This document shows, one piece after another, positions 1 to 13,000 of a stretch of DNA of 64,000 bases (its first letter is position 1; each line of letters opens with the position of its first letter). This stretch comes from Moniliella sp. 'wahieum' (taxonomy: Eukaryota): the NCBI GenBank assembly GCA_003971905.1, contig RSEE01000012.1, forward strand, positions 868,001 to 932,000, in the 5' to 3' direction. The notes beneath the pieces were generated by a model, which was not told the origin of the DNA, did not search any database, and saw nothing but the letters and a program-made list of their open reading frames with translations. The position numbers and the translations under genes are program-made.

Positions 1-94
1 CTCGCTGGCCACTAGGGTTACCTCGTTGGCTCGCCTGGCTTTGAGCTGGCTTCGATCGCCCGCGCCGCCCCTTTCTCGACTACCCCCCACCACC

Positions 95-799
95 ATGGAG
101 AACGACAAGCACCAGCTCGTGGACCTGTACGTGCCCCGCAAGTGCGCTGCCACCGGCCGTATCCTGCAGGCCAAGGACCACGCCTCGGTCCAGATCGCCG
201 TTGCCGACGTGGACGAGGAGGGCCGTGCGATTCCGGCGCTTCGACCGTGTTTGCCATCTCGGGCTTTGTCCGCAAGTCGGGCGAGAGCGATGACTCCATC
301 AACCGTCTTGCCACCCAGGAGGGCCGTACGTACTTTTCCTGAGTTCTTTTTCTTCCTCCGAGAGCGAGAGGCCATCCATGCTTGGTGCTTGCTTGGGTAC
401 TCGCCTGTTCGCGACCCCTTGTTTGGCGCGACGCCTCCCCCATCTCGCCCGTCACAGCACCCTCCCTCCGCACACGCTCCCGACAGTCTGCCCGCCCACT
501 GCCTCGAGCAACTTTCAGGGTCGGGGTAGGATTCAGCCTTTGGCTATGAGCGGATATTGATGGCCATCACCTTAGAGCCCGGGCCTTTAGTATCTATGGA
601 TGCTTGGGTGTCAAAGTGCTGGTACACGTTTATCGTGGCGGTGCACGATGGGGTGCAGTGCTGGAGAGGGCAGGCGAGGGCCAGGTGCCAAGTCACCTCT
701 TTGCTCTCTGGAACCATGGACTCGGTTTCGTGCCGGAACGAGTGTACTGACCCCCTCTCTTGTCCAGTGCTCCGCAACGTCTGGAGCTACCAGAAGTAA
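95..799 (+). CDS. RPS21: 40S ribosomal protein S21 (eS21), 2 exons
   Basis: [34 protein letters not shown]...[22 protein letters not shown], intron 326-767 (GTACGT...TACTGAC...CCAG), then [10 protein letters not shown]. One apparent missing C near 233 shifts the frame. Confidence 0.96.
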
Positions 800-1423
800 C
801 CAGCTTGTCCTGGCTACCTTGGTTGGGCCTGCTTGCCCCGCTTTCACGTAACAAATTAGGCTGGGGCTCCTGCCGTGCCACTATTCCACTCCGCATTCCA
901 TTCCTCCATATGCTTTGCTTGCTTTGCACTTGTGCGATGTACTCTTAGCTCCTTCCTCGCCCACCCATCTGCTTGACAGACCTCAGGTTCCCAGTTGGAC
1001 TCCAATCCATAGAATTCGCACAGCTTGCCTTGGCTCGCCTCGGACGGCGTTACATGGTGCTCCAGCAGGACTCCTCCCCTCTTGCCTACCCACGACCACC
1101 CTTTCCAACTGAACCAGCGCATCCCAACCTGAGCCTCAAGCTCAATGCGCAACGCAGCAATGAACGGATCAAATGGTACTACGGTACAGTTGGTTCTCCA
1201 GGCAGGAAAGACATGCAAAGCAGAGTGAGGTGGAAGCGGAGACCCGACAACCCGAAAAGGTCGGGAAAGGCGCGGGCTGGGCAGCGTGGAAAGGGAAGGC
1301 CGTGGCCCAGCGACACAAAGGTAGGAAAGGGAACGTGAGGTGTAGGGTATGATAGCAGTGGAAAGACGGCAGAGGGGCGGAAGGGGCGGGGAGGGGGAGG
1401 GAGCAGAGACAGGCAAAAGGAAA

Positions 1424-3375
1424 CTAGGGAGCGTTGAGCCAGGCAGCGAGTTGGTCCTGTGTCAGGGTGGCCGACGTGATGAGCGGGTGGCGGAGGAGCA
1501 CTTTGGGTGCGGCGCGGCTGAGTGGGTCCTTGGCCAAGCAGGCATCCGCAAAGGAACGCAAGGGCAAGGGTACGTATCCGGCAGCCGGGGGCTAGGTTCA
1601 TTGACAATGTGCTGGAGCAAATCGAGGATGCTGCCCACCTCATTCTCATTCTCCTCGTCCGAGAAGGGGAACCGGCCCAAAGCGAGCTCGATGAGGGTTA
1701 CGCCCAACGACCATACATCGCTCTTGACAGTATACTGGCTGCCTTGGATCCGCTCTCTGGGGGGGGGTCCAAATTGGTTAGGAGACTCAGTGCAGGAAGC
1801 AGACAGGGTGTAGAGGTGGGGAGGAGGGGGGGAAGATGATTGTACTCACACTCATATACGTGCTCGTGCCAACGAACGTGTCGGCGATAGAGTTGATCAG
1901 TTCACCTGATACGCCGAAATCGCAATCTTCAACTCGCCCGAACTGTTGGCGAGAATGTTACTTGACATCGCGATGATGATGCGATGCACATCGTAGAGAT
2001 AGGTAAGACCATTCACCACCACATTGGCTACACAAGCGCAGATATCGTACGGAATGGCCCCTTTATGTTTGTAGATCTGGTCCCGAGCTGGGAAAGGAGA
2101 AGAGTCAGAGAACGCCAACAAAAAGGTGGAGAAGACAAAGGAAATATATGGGGGGGGGCGTGGAGAAACAGAACAAAACGTACCCTCGGTCCATGTACTC
2201 CATGCACATGCAGATGTGCGGCTCGGTGAGGTAGGCACCAACAAAGTTGATAATGTAGGGCGAGTCGCACTCGTGCATAATCTGGAGTTCACGAACAATT
2301 GCGCGCACCGCTGGCTTGGCCTCCACAAAGACGACTTTTTTAGCCAGACTTGGCTCGAGGGAAGGTGGCGCACTTTGGTCACTGTACCGCCATTGCCGGC
2401 CCCGAGCTCAGAAAGGAACTCGAGATCGTCGTTGGACAAAACTTTGGGCACCCGCCAGCCTTATGCTTGGTCCCAGTCAAATCAAGCGAAGCCAGCCCGC
2501 ATCAGTTATGGTAACTGCCCGAAGCGCCGCTCCGAGCCAACGGTTTCAACCCATTTTCTCTCCCGGCCTCACACTCAACCCATCCCCAGACAGCGAAGCG
2601 CTTCCGATATTGATGCCTCGGGCCCCATTGAGCTTGAGATTCTTCGGTGCCCGCTTCTTTAGTCGCCCAGGCGACTTTTTCGGGAACCCGGCCCCAGGGC
2701 GGGGAGGTGCGCCAAAGCTCGGCCCGACCCATTTTCCCCGAGCCCAGTGGACACGGGGGGCGGGTCGACAGGAGCCCCAAGGGCAGGAGCCGAGGCAGGA
2801 AGTTGGGTGGTTGGAGGCGGGGCCAAGGGGAAGGAAGAGGGCACAGCCGAAGCGCTGACAGCGTCGGCCGGCGGGCGGAAGGCAGTGCTGTTTGCCGGAG
2901 CGGTGCCCGCACCGGCTTCCAGGAGCGAGGGCGTAGTAACAGGCGTGGCTTTGGAAACAGTAGCGCGGCGAAGAGGAGAGGGAAGGGGGCCGCTGTGGCT
3001 GGCGGATGGCGGACTCGCTTGGACTGTATTTGTGGCCGAGCGAAGGGGAAGCGGTGCTGGGGGGGTTGGTCATGGGGTTGGAGAGGGGAGCTGGAGCGGG
3101 GGTTGGGGCGGGGCGGGGACAGAAGGGGGAACGGAGAGGGACTCGGGCATGCGGGAGGAGGAGGATGCGGACGTGAGGGTGCGAGAGTGCGTGTGGGTGT
3201 GGGTGTGGGCAGAAGAGGCGGCGTGGTTGGGCAGGCCATGCTGCTGGTCGGTGGGTTTGCGGGTGGGAGAGGCGGAGTGGCTGAGGCGGGGCACAGGGAT
3301 GCTCAAGGGCGAGTCGGCGAGCTGGAGCCCCTTGAAGTTGCGCTTTCTGCGCACGGGGGGCTTGATGACGGACAT
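1424..3375 (-). CDS. fuz7: MAP kinase kinase, Ste7/Fuz7 type
   Basis: N-terminal docking motif [15 protein letters not shown]. Kinase motifs [50 protein letters not shown] and [14 protein letters not shown]-terminus [24 protein letters not shown] with TAG at 1424-1426. Introns near 2087-2183 and 1760-1850; several 1-nt frameshifts. Confidence 0.92.
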
Positions 3376-4500
3376 GGGGGCGGGCAGGGGGCAGCAGGAT
3401 GGGAGGGGCGGGTCGTGAGCACTCGGGTGGAGTGTGGAGGCGAGCACTGGTTCTGAGTGCTACGGCGACTTGGGTACTGAATACGCGGACGTACCGACGG
3501 GCGAGTGCTGTGCTGCCTCGGCCTGCCCTGCCCGCCCGCGCCCGCCACGCCCACCGGCGGGCACGGCGCCAGTGTGGGCGGCCCACTCGTGCTGTGCGCC
3601 CAGCAGGTGCAACAGAAAGAGCTGTCACGTGATGCGCGTGCCAGCCTTCCCGCCGCCCGTGGCTCTGCCACGCGTCGCAGCCGGCGCCGCACTGGCCCAG
3701 TGTGTGGATACAGAAGGGCAAAGCCACGCTGTGCTGACATTGGGCGACGTGCCACATCGGTGTGGAGCACACACGCGGGCATCTCCCGTTGCTCGGGCAC
3801 CCCCCCGCTGGGTGCAAATATATACTCGTGCCACCAGCACCGCCATTCCTTCTTTTCTTCTTCGACAGGACGATCCATACCCCCCTCCTCCTTCTCCCTC
3901 CTTGTGCCGCCAGTCCGCCCCCGTCACACACCCCTTCTGATGTGGTGCATCTTGCAAAACGGAGCTGTGCCATCGCGTTTTCTCTTCTTGAGCAAGCGTA
4001 TATTATCCACCCCATCAGAGGTTGTCCCCAGGCGATTCGCCATTCAAGTTCTGATCATCTCGATTCAATATCCAGCATCCATCAAAAGGATAGCGATAGT
4101 GGAGAAAGAGCATTCGAATGATCCACACCACATCACAGTGACTTACAGACTAATATACAACAGTGATATTCGCATCAGTAGTACTAAGAAAAGGATGCAG
4201 TGAAAATGGAATTTTTGTGGCGTGTGTTGCAGATGATGCCAGATGTCGGCACACTGAGTCATGAGGTCGCAATTCGCGATGAAGCTCTCAAGGACCTCAA
4301 GATTTAAATGCACTCGAGTTGTCATCTCTAGAGGCACCTATCGTCGTATACCGGGGGGAAATGCATACTGTCCAAACTGTTATAGTATCAGTTGTCCAAG
4401 ATCATTATATATCGATCTTAACTATTGCGTACACGTTTAGTTCAACGCACAACGCGTTTCCCCTTCTTCATATGGTTCCCCTTCTCGGCCATGAAAGCGT

Positions 4501-4690
4501 CTCAGATCCTTTGTCAGATCTCAGTCTCAGTACTGATCGCCTGAGGCCTGAGCGGCACTCGCCGAGCACTGCCGAGTTCAGGGCTCAGGAGGTCTGAACC
4601 CAGTCTGAGTCCTCACAGGCCTCAGTACTTGGTACATTCTTCAGTACTCGGTTACTCAGTGCTCAGTGCGCTCAGTGCGCTCAGTACTCA
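4501..4690. repeat. Degenerate CTCAG/CTGAG (AGTACT+C type) array
   Basis: Dense CTCAG/CTGAG/TCAG copies, e.g. ttactcagtgctcagtgcgctcagtgcgctcagtactca at 4652-4690. Confidence 0.8.
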
Positions 4691-5099
4691 ATAGAGACAG
4701 AGACTCCTTGTTTCGTCAGAGAAAATAAGTCCCATGTCACATACAACCATAGTCACTATTAATATTGAGTCACTTTTTCGGCTACATGTTCTCTCTCTCT
4801 CCGCTCTATCAAAACGCGTGCGCGTGATATAATCCGTTATCAACTCAAACGACACGCTGGCTCATACATGTCATAGTTGGGCTGATCTCTTCGCCCCCAT
4901 TTCCCATCCCTTCTTCCCGAGTGTCTCACACTTTCCTCTGTCTTCCGTTTTTCGCAATGACGAGATGTGCTTTGCTCTTGTTTCTTTCCCCATGAACGAT
5001 TGCCTCATCCCTTGCCTTAGGCCCGACTGTGGTCTCCCTCGTTTTAGGCCTTAGTAGCCCCCACTGTAACACTAGTAGAAAGCGCTAAAGGAAGAATTG

Positions 5100-6870
5100 T
5101 GGAACGGACGCCCAAAGGACTGCAGTGGTGGGCAGTTTGGTCATCGCGATTGGGATCATCAAGCAGCAGGCGGGTATATTATTCTTGAAGGGGATGATAG
5201 GATGCGCACAGGGGAAAAGAGCGAACGCAACAGGAGCCGAGTGAAGGAAGAGAGGATTACCAACGAGTCATTGGTAGACCTCGGCGTAGCTGCTCTAGCG
5301 ATGGAGGTGCAGCCATCCCTTGTAGGCGACATCCCCACAGTAATATTTGGGCCAGAAAAGTGTTACCCATCAGAGTTGGTCTTGGATACCATCTGGAACT
5401 GGCGGGATGCACTATATAGGAACCTCATAATCTTTTTCGTGAGACCTCTGAAACGGAAACGTACAAGTCACACTGAGTATGATAGTACAGGAAGACCGTA
5501 GAGACGGTGTACCGTCGTCGATGATCTCCTGGACTATAGGTCGTGGTTGAACCACAAGAGAAAACGTTAGCCAAATGAGCGTCCTTGCAGCGCCTCTATC
5601 GTTGTATCCATATATAGGGCTATGCGTTGTTCCAGGAGCTCACGCGCGTGAGGCAGATGATCTGGATGCGGACAAGGAAACTGTGGGTCATATCCATAAC
5701 CAAAAGGAGCTATTATTGGGAAAATGTACGGGTTAAGGCACGGTGTACGAGTGACACCACGGAAACACTTTTCGGGATCTAAGGTCTACAGGTTAATGCC
5801 TTTCTCTTTCAATATCCAGAGAGAACCCCGTGACATTATATGCTCATTCCTTCGAGATTCTCATATGAGATGGCCCAGGTCTCTAGAAGGCCGAATACAT
5901 GGGATGAAGGATGTTGGCAACGACAGAGATTTGGGCTTGGGTATCTTCTATGCTCATCTCACGGAAGTGGTTTGTGGAGTGGGGGTATAGCCGTTCGCGA
6001 CGGCGTGTTTGGCGGCGATACGTGTGCATACCTTCAGCAAGGGCGACAGCGTCCTCCGCAACGGGTGTGGTTAGAGGTGACACCGCGATCTGTTGCATGT
6101 GATGGTTTCCCAAATGAGATTTGGAGCAAGATGTGGGGACACTCTCAATCTATTCACGACAGTGTTGTTATATGCAGTTTGGAACACCTGCTTGGAACCC
6201 ATTTTTTACGTAGAGGACGATCCACGAGACAAATTCTTTCTTCCACCGTCTCTCTATTCGGTAAAATTATATACAGTTCTCTCCCCTTCTCTCGCGAGAC
6301 ATAGTAGTATGAAGAGTGCCTCATATCTCCCATCGCATATGCAGGGTACACTCCGTGGTGGATTTATTGGGGGCATTCATGCCCTATAGGATTGCTCGTA
6401 TGTTTCATACTACCTTCAAATGCTAGTAGTCTTATTTGGGTTGCTTCTTCCATTTTTCAAAGTGGATGTGGATTCTTTGCAGGAGGAAAAGGAACCGTGT
6501 CATGGGGGGGGTCCCGAGGTGGGACCCCCCCTGTAGTTTCGGGTATAAACCCTTGGACAGATCAATCGGTTGGCTCGTACGTTAGGTCCTGCTCCAGATC
6601 CTGGTTGAACGTTCAACGTTGAACCGAGAGGGTGTGAGGCTAGGGAGAGACCCTCTAGTTTGGGTGGCTGCCTGCGTGCAAAGGCCGCAGTCCAGACCCT
6701 CCGAGGTAGGAGCCGTGTACGTAGGTAGTTAGACCAGCTGAAGGGGTCCAGGAGCTCCGGAATTACTCTGTTCCTCGTCGTGTTACCACACTCGGTACGC
6801 TATAGCTGGCGGGAACAGACAGAGTCCTAAAGAAGAGCAAGCGCTACTACTGACTGATAGTAACCGCGAC
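5100..6870 (-). pseudogene. Candidate secreted protein gene or pseudogene in a low-GC island; frame broken, extent uncertain
   Basis: TATATAAA at 7024-7031 (minus). Restoring one T gives a signal-peptide-like RGYYQSVVALALLLGLCLFPPAIA at ~6868-6798. It is followed by ~1.7 kb of fragmented, coding-looking frames with no homolog I recognise. No clear ATG. Confidence 0.3.
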
Positions 6871-7821
6871 TTGCAGAGTGCTCGACGTAAGTCGTAAATT
6901 CGTAAACGTAAGGGTGGTAGAAGGTGGAAGGGCGAGAGAGGAACTGGTAGTCGGGGAGACCAACGGTGATAGACAGGATGGTCATCGACAAGGACCACCG
7001 CTAGCAAGCCTTAGACATGGCTGTTTATATACAGCAGAAGGAACCACAGGCCTCAAGTGCTGCTCATGACAGGTATAGACAGAATGCGGGGCACTTCCCA
7101 GAAAGGTAGAGAAGACTAATGCACAGCCCTTGCTTCCCAAGGTGCTGACGCGGCGCAGTCGGGCGCAGCAGGAAGGGTTCTGACAAGATTGGACGCAATA
7201 GGCACACAAGGCATCGTACCGATAAGCCCACGCGGCCATGGCGGGCCGCGGATGATACCCGCAGCAAGGATAAGGTGTCGACTGCCTCTCTCTCGCTAGT
7301 CTAACCGGACTGACGCATGTTGGGCTGAGATTCTACGAGATGCGGGGCTCAGCGTCCGGAGATAACCGGAGCGCCCCGTAACAAACGGTGTGCTTTGTTC
7401 GCATGTGAGGAGGTGCGCTCTGTGCTCCCCCGGACGATTCTGAGGGCAACTATCATGGTCCTGTTAGCTGATCAGGTAAATCTTCTCACTGCTCTTCGCC
7501 GCTCCTGTCTTTTTCTCCGTACCCATTCAACAGTGCATCCTTTGGCACTTTTGGCCTCTCACTATACTAGCCTCCCTCGTCTCGCCCGACCCTTACTCAC
7601 AGCACCAGGTTAAATAAACCAGACCTGAACATTTCCGTCCCGTGCATGATGGATGGATGATCGATGATCCGAGATTTGAAATGCCGACAAATAATAGGGA
7701 CAAAAGTTGTTTTGGCTCCGATTTCATCTCCGCTCCCACTTCTGCTTGCTGACGGGCGAGCCTCAACCCATCTGCGGACGTCTCCACCACGATTGCCTAA
7801 GCGCTCCCGGCTTACACCACC

Positions 7822-9937
7822 ATGCTTGCCCGTGATGGTGACCCATCAGACGGAGAAGCTATTTCCAGTAATACTGGGGATACCACAAGAGGGACGTTTA
7901 CATTGATCTACTGCTCGCAAACCGGCACTGCTGAGGATCTGGCCGCTCGCCTTGCCCAGGCTGGTCAGCGGCGCAGGTATTCGGTGCGCGTGTTCGACGT
8001 GGCCGAATACGACGTTGTGGATCTGGTGGATGAGGAGGAACCCGTCATATTTCTCGTTAGCACCACCGGGAATGGTAACTTTCCCACTTCGGCCATTCCT
8101 TTTTGGTCTTTCCTTCTCCGTGCCGATTTGCCGACCGACAGCCTCTCCGACCTTCGCTTTGCCGTCCTAGGGCTGGGAGACAGCAGCTATCTCAAGTTTT
8201 GTTGGGCTGCCCGTCTTTTGCGACGCCGCTTGCAGGGACTGGGAGCTTCGGAGTACATTGATGCCCAGGACGCCGACGATCAACACCCTCTCGGGTACGT
8301 TTGCTTCCCCTGTCCGGATCCCTGTCCCTCCTCTAACCTGCCCGTTTAACCTCAGCCTCGAAGGTGCCTTTGACCCGTTCACGACTGCACTCTGGGAGAA
8401 GCTCTCACTCGATTGTCCGCTTCCAGCCGGTCTGGATGAGATTCCAGAAGAGGTCCTACTACCACCCAGTATCCAGATTGAGTTGACCGACAAAGTTGTC
8501 GATCCTGAAGAGTTAGCGAGTGCTTCGGCTCCCTTGGCGCCCAATGGGAAGCACTTGGCTCGGTTGACGGTTAATGAGCGCATGATGCCCCAAAGCATTT
8601 CCAGGACGTGCGCTTTCTTGAGTTTGAGCACCTCCCCTCGCCGGCGGACAAGGTGACAGAGGAGCAGCATCCTATGGACTATCATCCGGGCGACGTTTTG
8701 TGCCTCAAGCCGCAGAACTCTGAGGTGGATGTAGAGCGTTTCTTGGCGCGAATGGGCTGGAAAACACAACACATCCTACCTGTCCCCCAATTGGGTTGTA
8801 CGTCTTGTCTCCCTCTCCTGAGCATATTGGTGGCTAATATGGGACTGTGTGGCTCAGATCGTAAGATCCCAAGCGATGTTCCGTCGCAGGTAACGCTGTT
8901 TGATCTGGTGCGCGATCACCTGGACATTTGCTCTGTTCCCCGCGCTACCTTTTTTCAAGCCATCCGTCGTTTTTCGCCGAAGGGAGAGATGGAGCGGGAA
9001 AAGTTGGACGAGTACTGCACTCTGGTGAGGGGCGGATGAGGTTTGATTATGCCCAAGCGTTCGTCGCACATCCTCGAAGTGTAGAGGAGGTTTGGTACCG
9101 TGCAGTTTGATCTTGCCTACTTGTTGGATGTGGTGCCTTTTCTCAAGCCACGCGAGTTTAGCATTGCGTCCGATCGAACGTACCTGCAATGGCAACAGCC
9201 TGGCCCCCCTCGTGTCCAATTGGCAGTGGCCATCGTCAAGTACAAGACCCGGCTTAGGGAGCCACGGCGGGGTGTCTGTACCGCTTGGCTTAGTACCTTG
9301 CCTGTTGGCGCGGTTGTGCCCTACACGCTCACGCGTGGCTCGTTGCGCTTACCCCCCACGAAGAGACGCCGGTCGTGTACGTAGGTCCGGGAACAGGGGT
9401 GGCACCTATGCGTGCCTTTCTGCAAGCCCGTCTGCTCCGATCGGAGCAATCCAACCGGAGCGCCACCCGTCCCGCCACGCCCACCGCGGAAGAGGGGAAA
9501 GGGAATGGCTCTCGGCTTGTGGACCGCAACCGTATCTACCTTGGCTTTCGTAACGCGGACAGCGACGTGCTCTTCCGTTCGGACTGGGTACGGTGGGGAG
9601 AGGCGGGATTGCTGAGCTGGCACCTCGCCGCGTCCCGTGATCCGATTGGACCAGAGATGCTGAGTTGGCCGCTGCCGCGGCGGCTCGGCCTCGGGGTGGG
9701 GTGTATGTGCAAGACCTCTTGGCTCGAAAAGCGGATCGGGCATGGCTATGGCAAGCGTTGGCCGAACGGGGCGCCTATGTTCTTATTTCGGGTTCGGCGG
9801 GCAAGATGCCGGAAGCGATCCGCCAAGCCCTGGCTCAAGCGGCCGTTGAGGAAGGTGGCCTGTCGGAGGAGCAGGCGGAACGATACATCACGCTGCTCTC
9901 CAACCAAGGCCGTCTACAAGAAGAGTGTTGGAGCTAA
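7822..9937 (+). CDS. TAH18: NADPH-dependent diflavin oxidoreductase 1 (Tah18/NDOR1)
   Basis: Flavodoxin domain YCSQTGTAEDLA, STTGNG and FAVLGLGDSSYLKFCWAA; FAD domain LKPREFSIAS; NADPH domain VGPGTGVAPMRAF, VYVQD and ISGSAGKMP; ends RLQEECWS*. Introns ~8295-8355 and ~8798-8857; frameshifts. Confidence 0.93.
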
Positions 9938-10070
9938 ATCCCACGAAGCAGCATGCATATGGGTCTTGGTAATGTACATACTACAATGTGCAAGTGGTGG
10001 TGACAATGGATGGGGGCAGAGGGAAGAAGAGGAATAGTAAGGATGCGTAGGGAACATGGATGGATACGCC

Positions 10071-13000
10071 TCAGAGTCTGGTCATCTCGGCAGGCTTTAA
10101 TGGTTCGTGGCAACATTTCTCTCGGCAGCATTCCAAGGACATCGCTTCCATGGACATTGCCTCCGTCGGCATCGCTCTCGGCATCGCGTCCGTCGAAATC
10201 GGTTTCGTCATCGTTTTCACCAAAATCGTTTTCGTCGGCATCAGTTCCTGCCCCCCCACTTGTCTCTGCGGCAGCAGCCGCACGGAGACTGAAGAGACGC
10301 TGCAAACGTTTCACACGAGCAATCCGGATAGCCTCAAGTGTGAACTGGATCATCATCTCGGTACGGTGCTTGTAATCGGCCACCTGGGGACCAAAGCAGA
10401 ACGAAAGGGGAAAGCGATACGAAAGCCACAGGTATAACCACACGTTCGATGCAGCGATTCGAGTTGGTGAGTGTATCGATGTGCACTTCCGGTGCGTCAG
10501 GATCAACAAAGTGAGCTGCATTTCGGGAACGCCCATAGGAGAGGCCTGATGGCTTCTGCTCTTCCGCTGCGGCCTTGGACGGCCCGTTTTCCCATCAGCA
10601 TCGTCCGAACCCAATGGTTTCCACGTTGGTGGGAGATCGACCATGGGGTTGACAGCATCCTTCTCGGATGCCATCGACTCCAACGTCTGCGCGCCTTTCG
10701 CGATCGCCTCTCTCTCCAGCTCTTCCATTCGCAATAGTCTGCAACATCTCGCTTGCCTCGATCGCCTTGTCAAACTCGACAAGCGAACCCATGCAAAAGT
10801 GACGGGTAAAGGACTGAAGGGCATACATCACCCGCAGGTCTCTCGTATTTGCCGGTGCATCCGAGAAGCGTTCTCGCTCCGCAATCGACAGAGTCTGACC
10901 CGAATCAAACCCAACGGGCATCGTCGCATCTTGAGCCTCAGCTCCCTGCGTGGCCCGAGCCATCGTGCTTGCCACACTGTCCTCCGACGAGCGGAAGCTG
11001 GATGCCTTCTCAATCACCTCGAGCACATTCAGCTGGCCACTGATATTGGAATGGAAAAAGAGCTCCTCGTTGAGCTGGACAAGCATCTGTGCGTCCTTGC
11101 GCAACGCAAGAAGCGAACGCCCAACTCCCTCGGTTTGAGGCGAAATGATGGCCTTTGACGCATCCTCGCCGTTGTTGTCATGCGCAGATGCCTCGTCCTT
11201 GAACATATCATCCTTGTTCCAGAACGTATCCTTTTGGAACTTGTCGTTCCTGTCGTTGTTGAACTTGGCACCGTGTGCAGATTTGGGATCCGGTGTGCGT
11301 TTATTGAGACTGTCGGGGGTATCGATCAATTCGGACAACTTGGAAAGCGCCTCTTGAGGGGGCGAAAACGCAGCCCGTGGGATGGGCTGGATAGGAGCCT
11401 TGAGAGCGTCCTTGAGTACACTGAGATCCTTGGGCTGCATAGTAGTCGCACTACCAACCGTGTCATCGCTGTGCACCCCATATCGTCCTGCTCGCCCAGC
11501 AATTTGTTTGATCTGAGAAGCAGACAAGTACTTGAAGCCCTCTGAGCCGTCGAATTTGGCCAGAGTGTCGAACACAACGCGCTTAATTTTTCTGGGCAGG
11601 AGGCAAAGTCAGCTCGATGCGGCGGGTCATCAACGCCATGCAATGTGAAGCGCAAGGGCATGAGAGGAAGATGGAGAAAAGCAACGTACAGATTCAAACC
11701 CATACCAATGGCGTCGCTGGCCACCATCACGTCGTAGCCTGAATCGGGGTCATTGAACAAACGCGCCTGCTCCGCACGCGTCTCAGGAGGCAGCCCGCCA
11801 TAAACAACAGCACACTGGAGCCCTGTTTTTTCTTCCACTAGACGTTTGATGTCAAAAATGCGGTTACGGGAGAAGGCAACGATGCAGTCGCCCTTTTGAA
11901 TCCGTCCAAAGTCGTTGTCCAGTGACTTTGACGACACCTCCAGCGGTGTCAGACGTTGGTACTCGTGGACGTGCACCTCGTCTCCGCAGGCCTCGCCAAT
12001 TTTCTGGATCAACGGCACGACGGTTGCTTCGCCACAAAGGTGAATCTCCTTGGCAGCTACGCCGAGCAACGCATTGGTCCACGCCTGGCCACGCGCCGGG
12101 TCGGAAATCATCTGGATCTCGTCAATCACCGCCACCTCCACCAGCATTTCTGGTGGCAACATCTCCACCGTGCACGAAGTCAGCCCGACAAAGCCTTCCC
12201 CCAAGCGCACCTCATCGCCCGTAACAAGGTTGCACGTCCGCGAACCCAACCCTGGCGAGACTTGGCCGGCATTGATGCGGTACCAAATCTCGTGCGCCAA
12301 GAGGCGGAGTGGGCCGGCGTACAGTCCGGTTCGTGCTTTCATGAGGCGCACAGGGCACCATGCGTTTTGCCACTGTTGGTGGGACCCACGTGGAGGTGAA
12401 TCTGGCGGGTGAGGCGACGCGTGGCGGGGAAGCGGTCCATGGGAGTGCGATAGTCCAGTGTCTGGACCAAATCCTGGATCTGGGCGGCTGCGTTGATGGC
12501 CAACGTGCGATCAGCGGCAGGGGTAGAGGAGGCGCGGCTGAGCTGGAGCAAGTGCTTCTCGACAAAAAGGAGGAACTTGTTGACCAAGTGGCGGTCAATA
12601 ACCGTGTCTGGTGATTCCAGCACCATTGTCGTGCGCAGAGACTCGATCGGCCATCCGTCCTGTTCGTGGAGCGCTTGCAAAGTAGAAGGGTCGGCAGCAG
12701 CTTTTTTCACGTCGTGCTGGGTCTGGCGGGCCCAGAATTGCAGAAGGGCCGCCAGGTCAGCGTGAACAGCTGGGGTGGGAGAGAGCGCGGGGACGCAGAG
12801 ATGGTTGACAAGGAGGCGGGCGACCGGAACGGTCACGCCATACGCGGCGAGCGAATCGAGGATGTACGCATTCTTGGCAAACCCGGTCAAGTTGTCACTG
12901 ATCATGGTAACCACCTGCTCTGTGGTGAGCAATTCGATTGGGCCAAATTTGGGAGCAGGGGGGTTCTTGCGAAAGCCCTTGAGGTTGTGCTTGGACAGCT

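Noticed and set aside
12..20. Tbf1/telo-box-like TAGGGTT upstream of RPS21
   Set aside because: It is a single short match at the window edge with the rest of the promoter missing, so it cannot be supported.
511..570. U3 snoRNA (ACTTTCAGGG resembles the vertebrate U3 5' end)
   Set aside because: Box A continuation and boxes B, C and D are not present in the required order.
856..1075. Alternative MAP2K C-terminal exon (LLEHHVTPSEASQ...DGWARK, with a possible GC-AG intron at 969-1028 on the minus strand)
   Set aside because: The kinase already has a complete C-terminus ending at 1424. There is no credible donor or acceptor to join this segment, and the branch site is weak, so the similarity is probably chance.
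3950..7350. Intact transposon
   Set aside because: No RT, integrase, DDE or Rep/helicase motifs, LTRs or terminal inverted repeats were recognised by eye. A highly decayed relic cannot be excluded.
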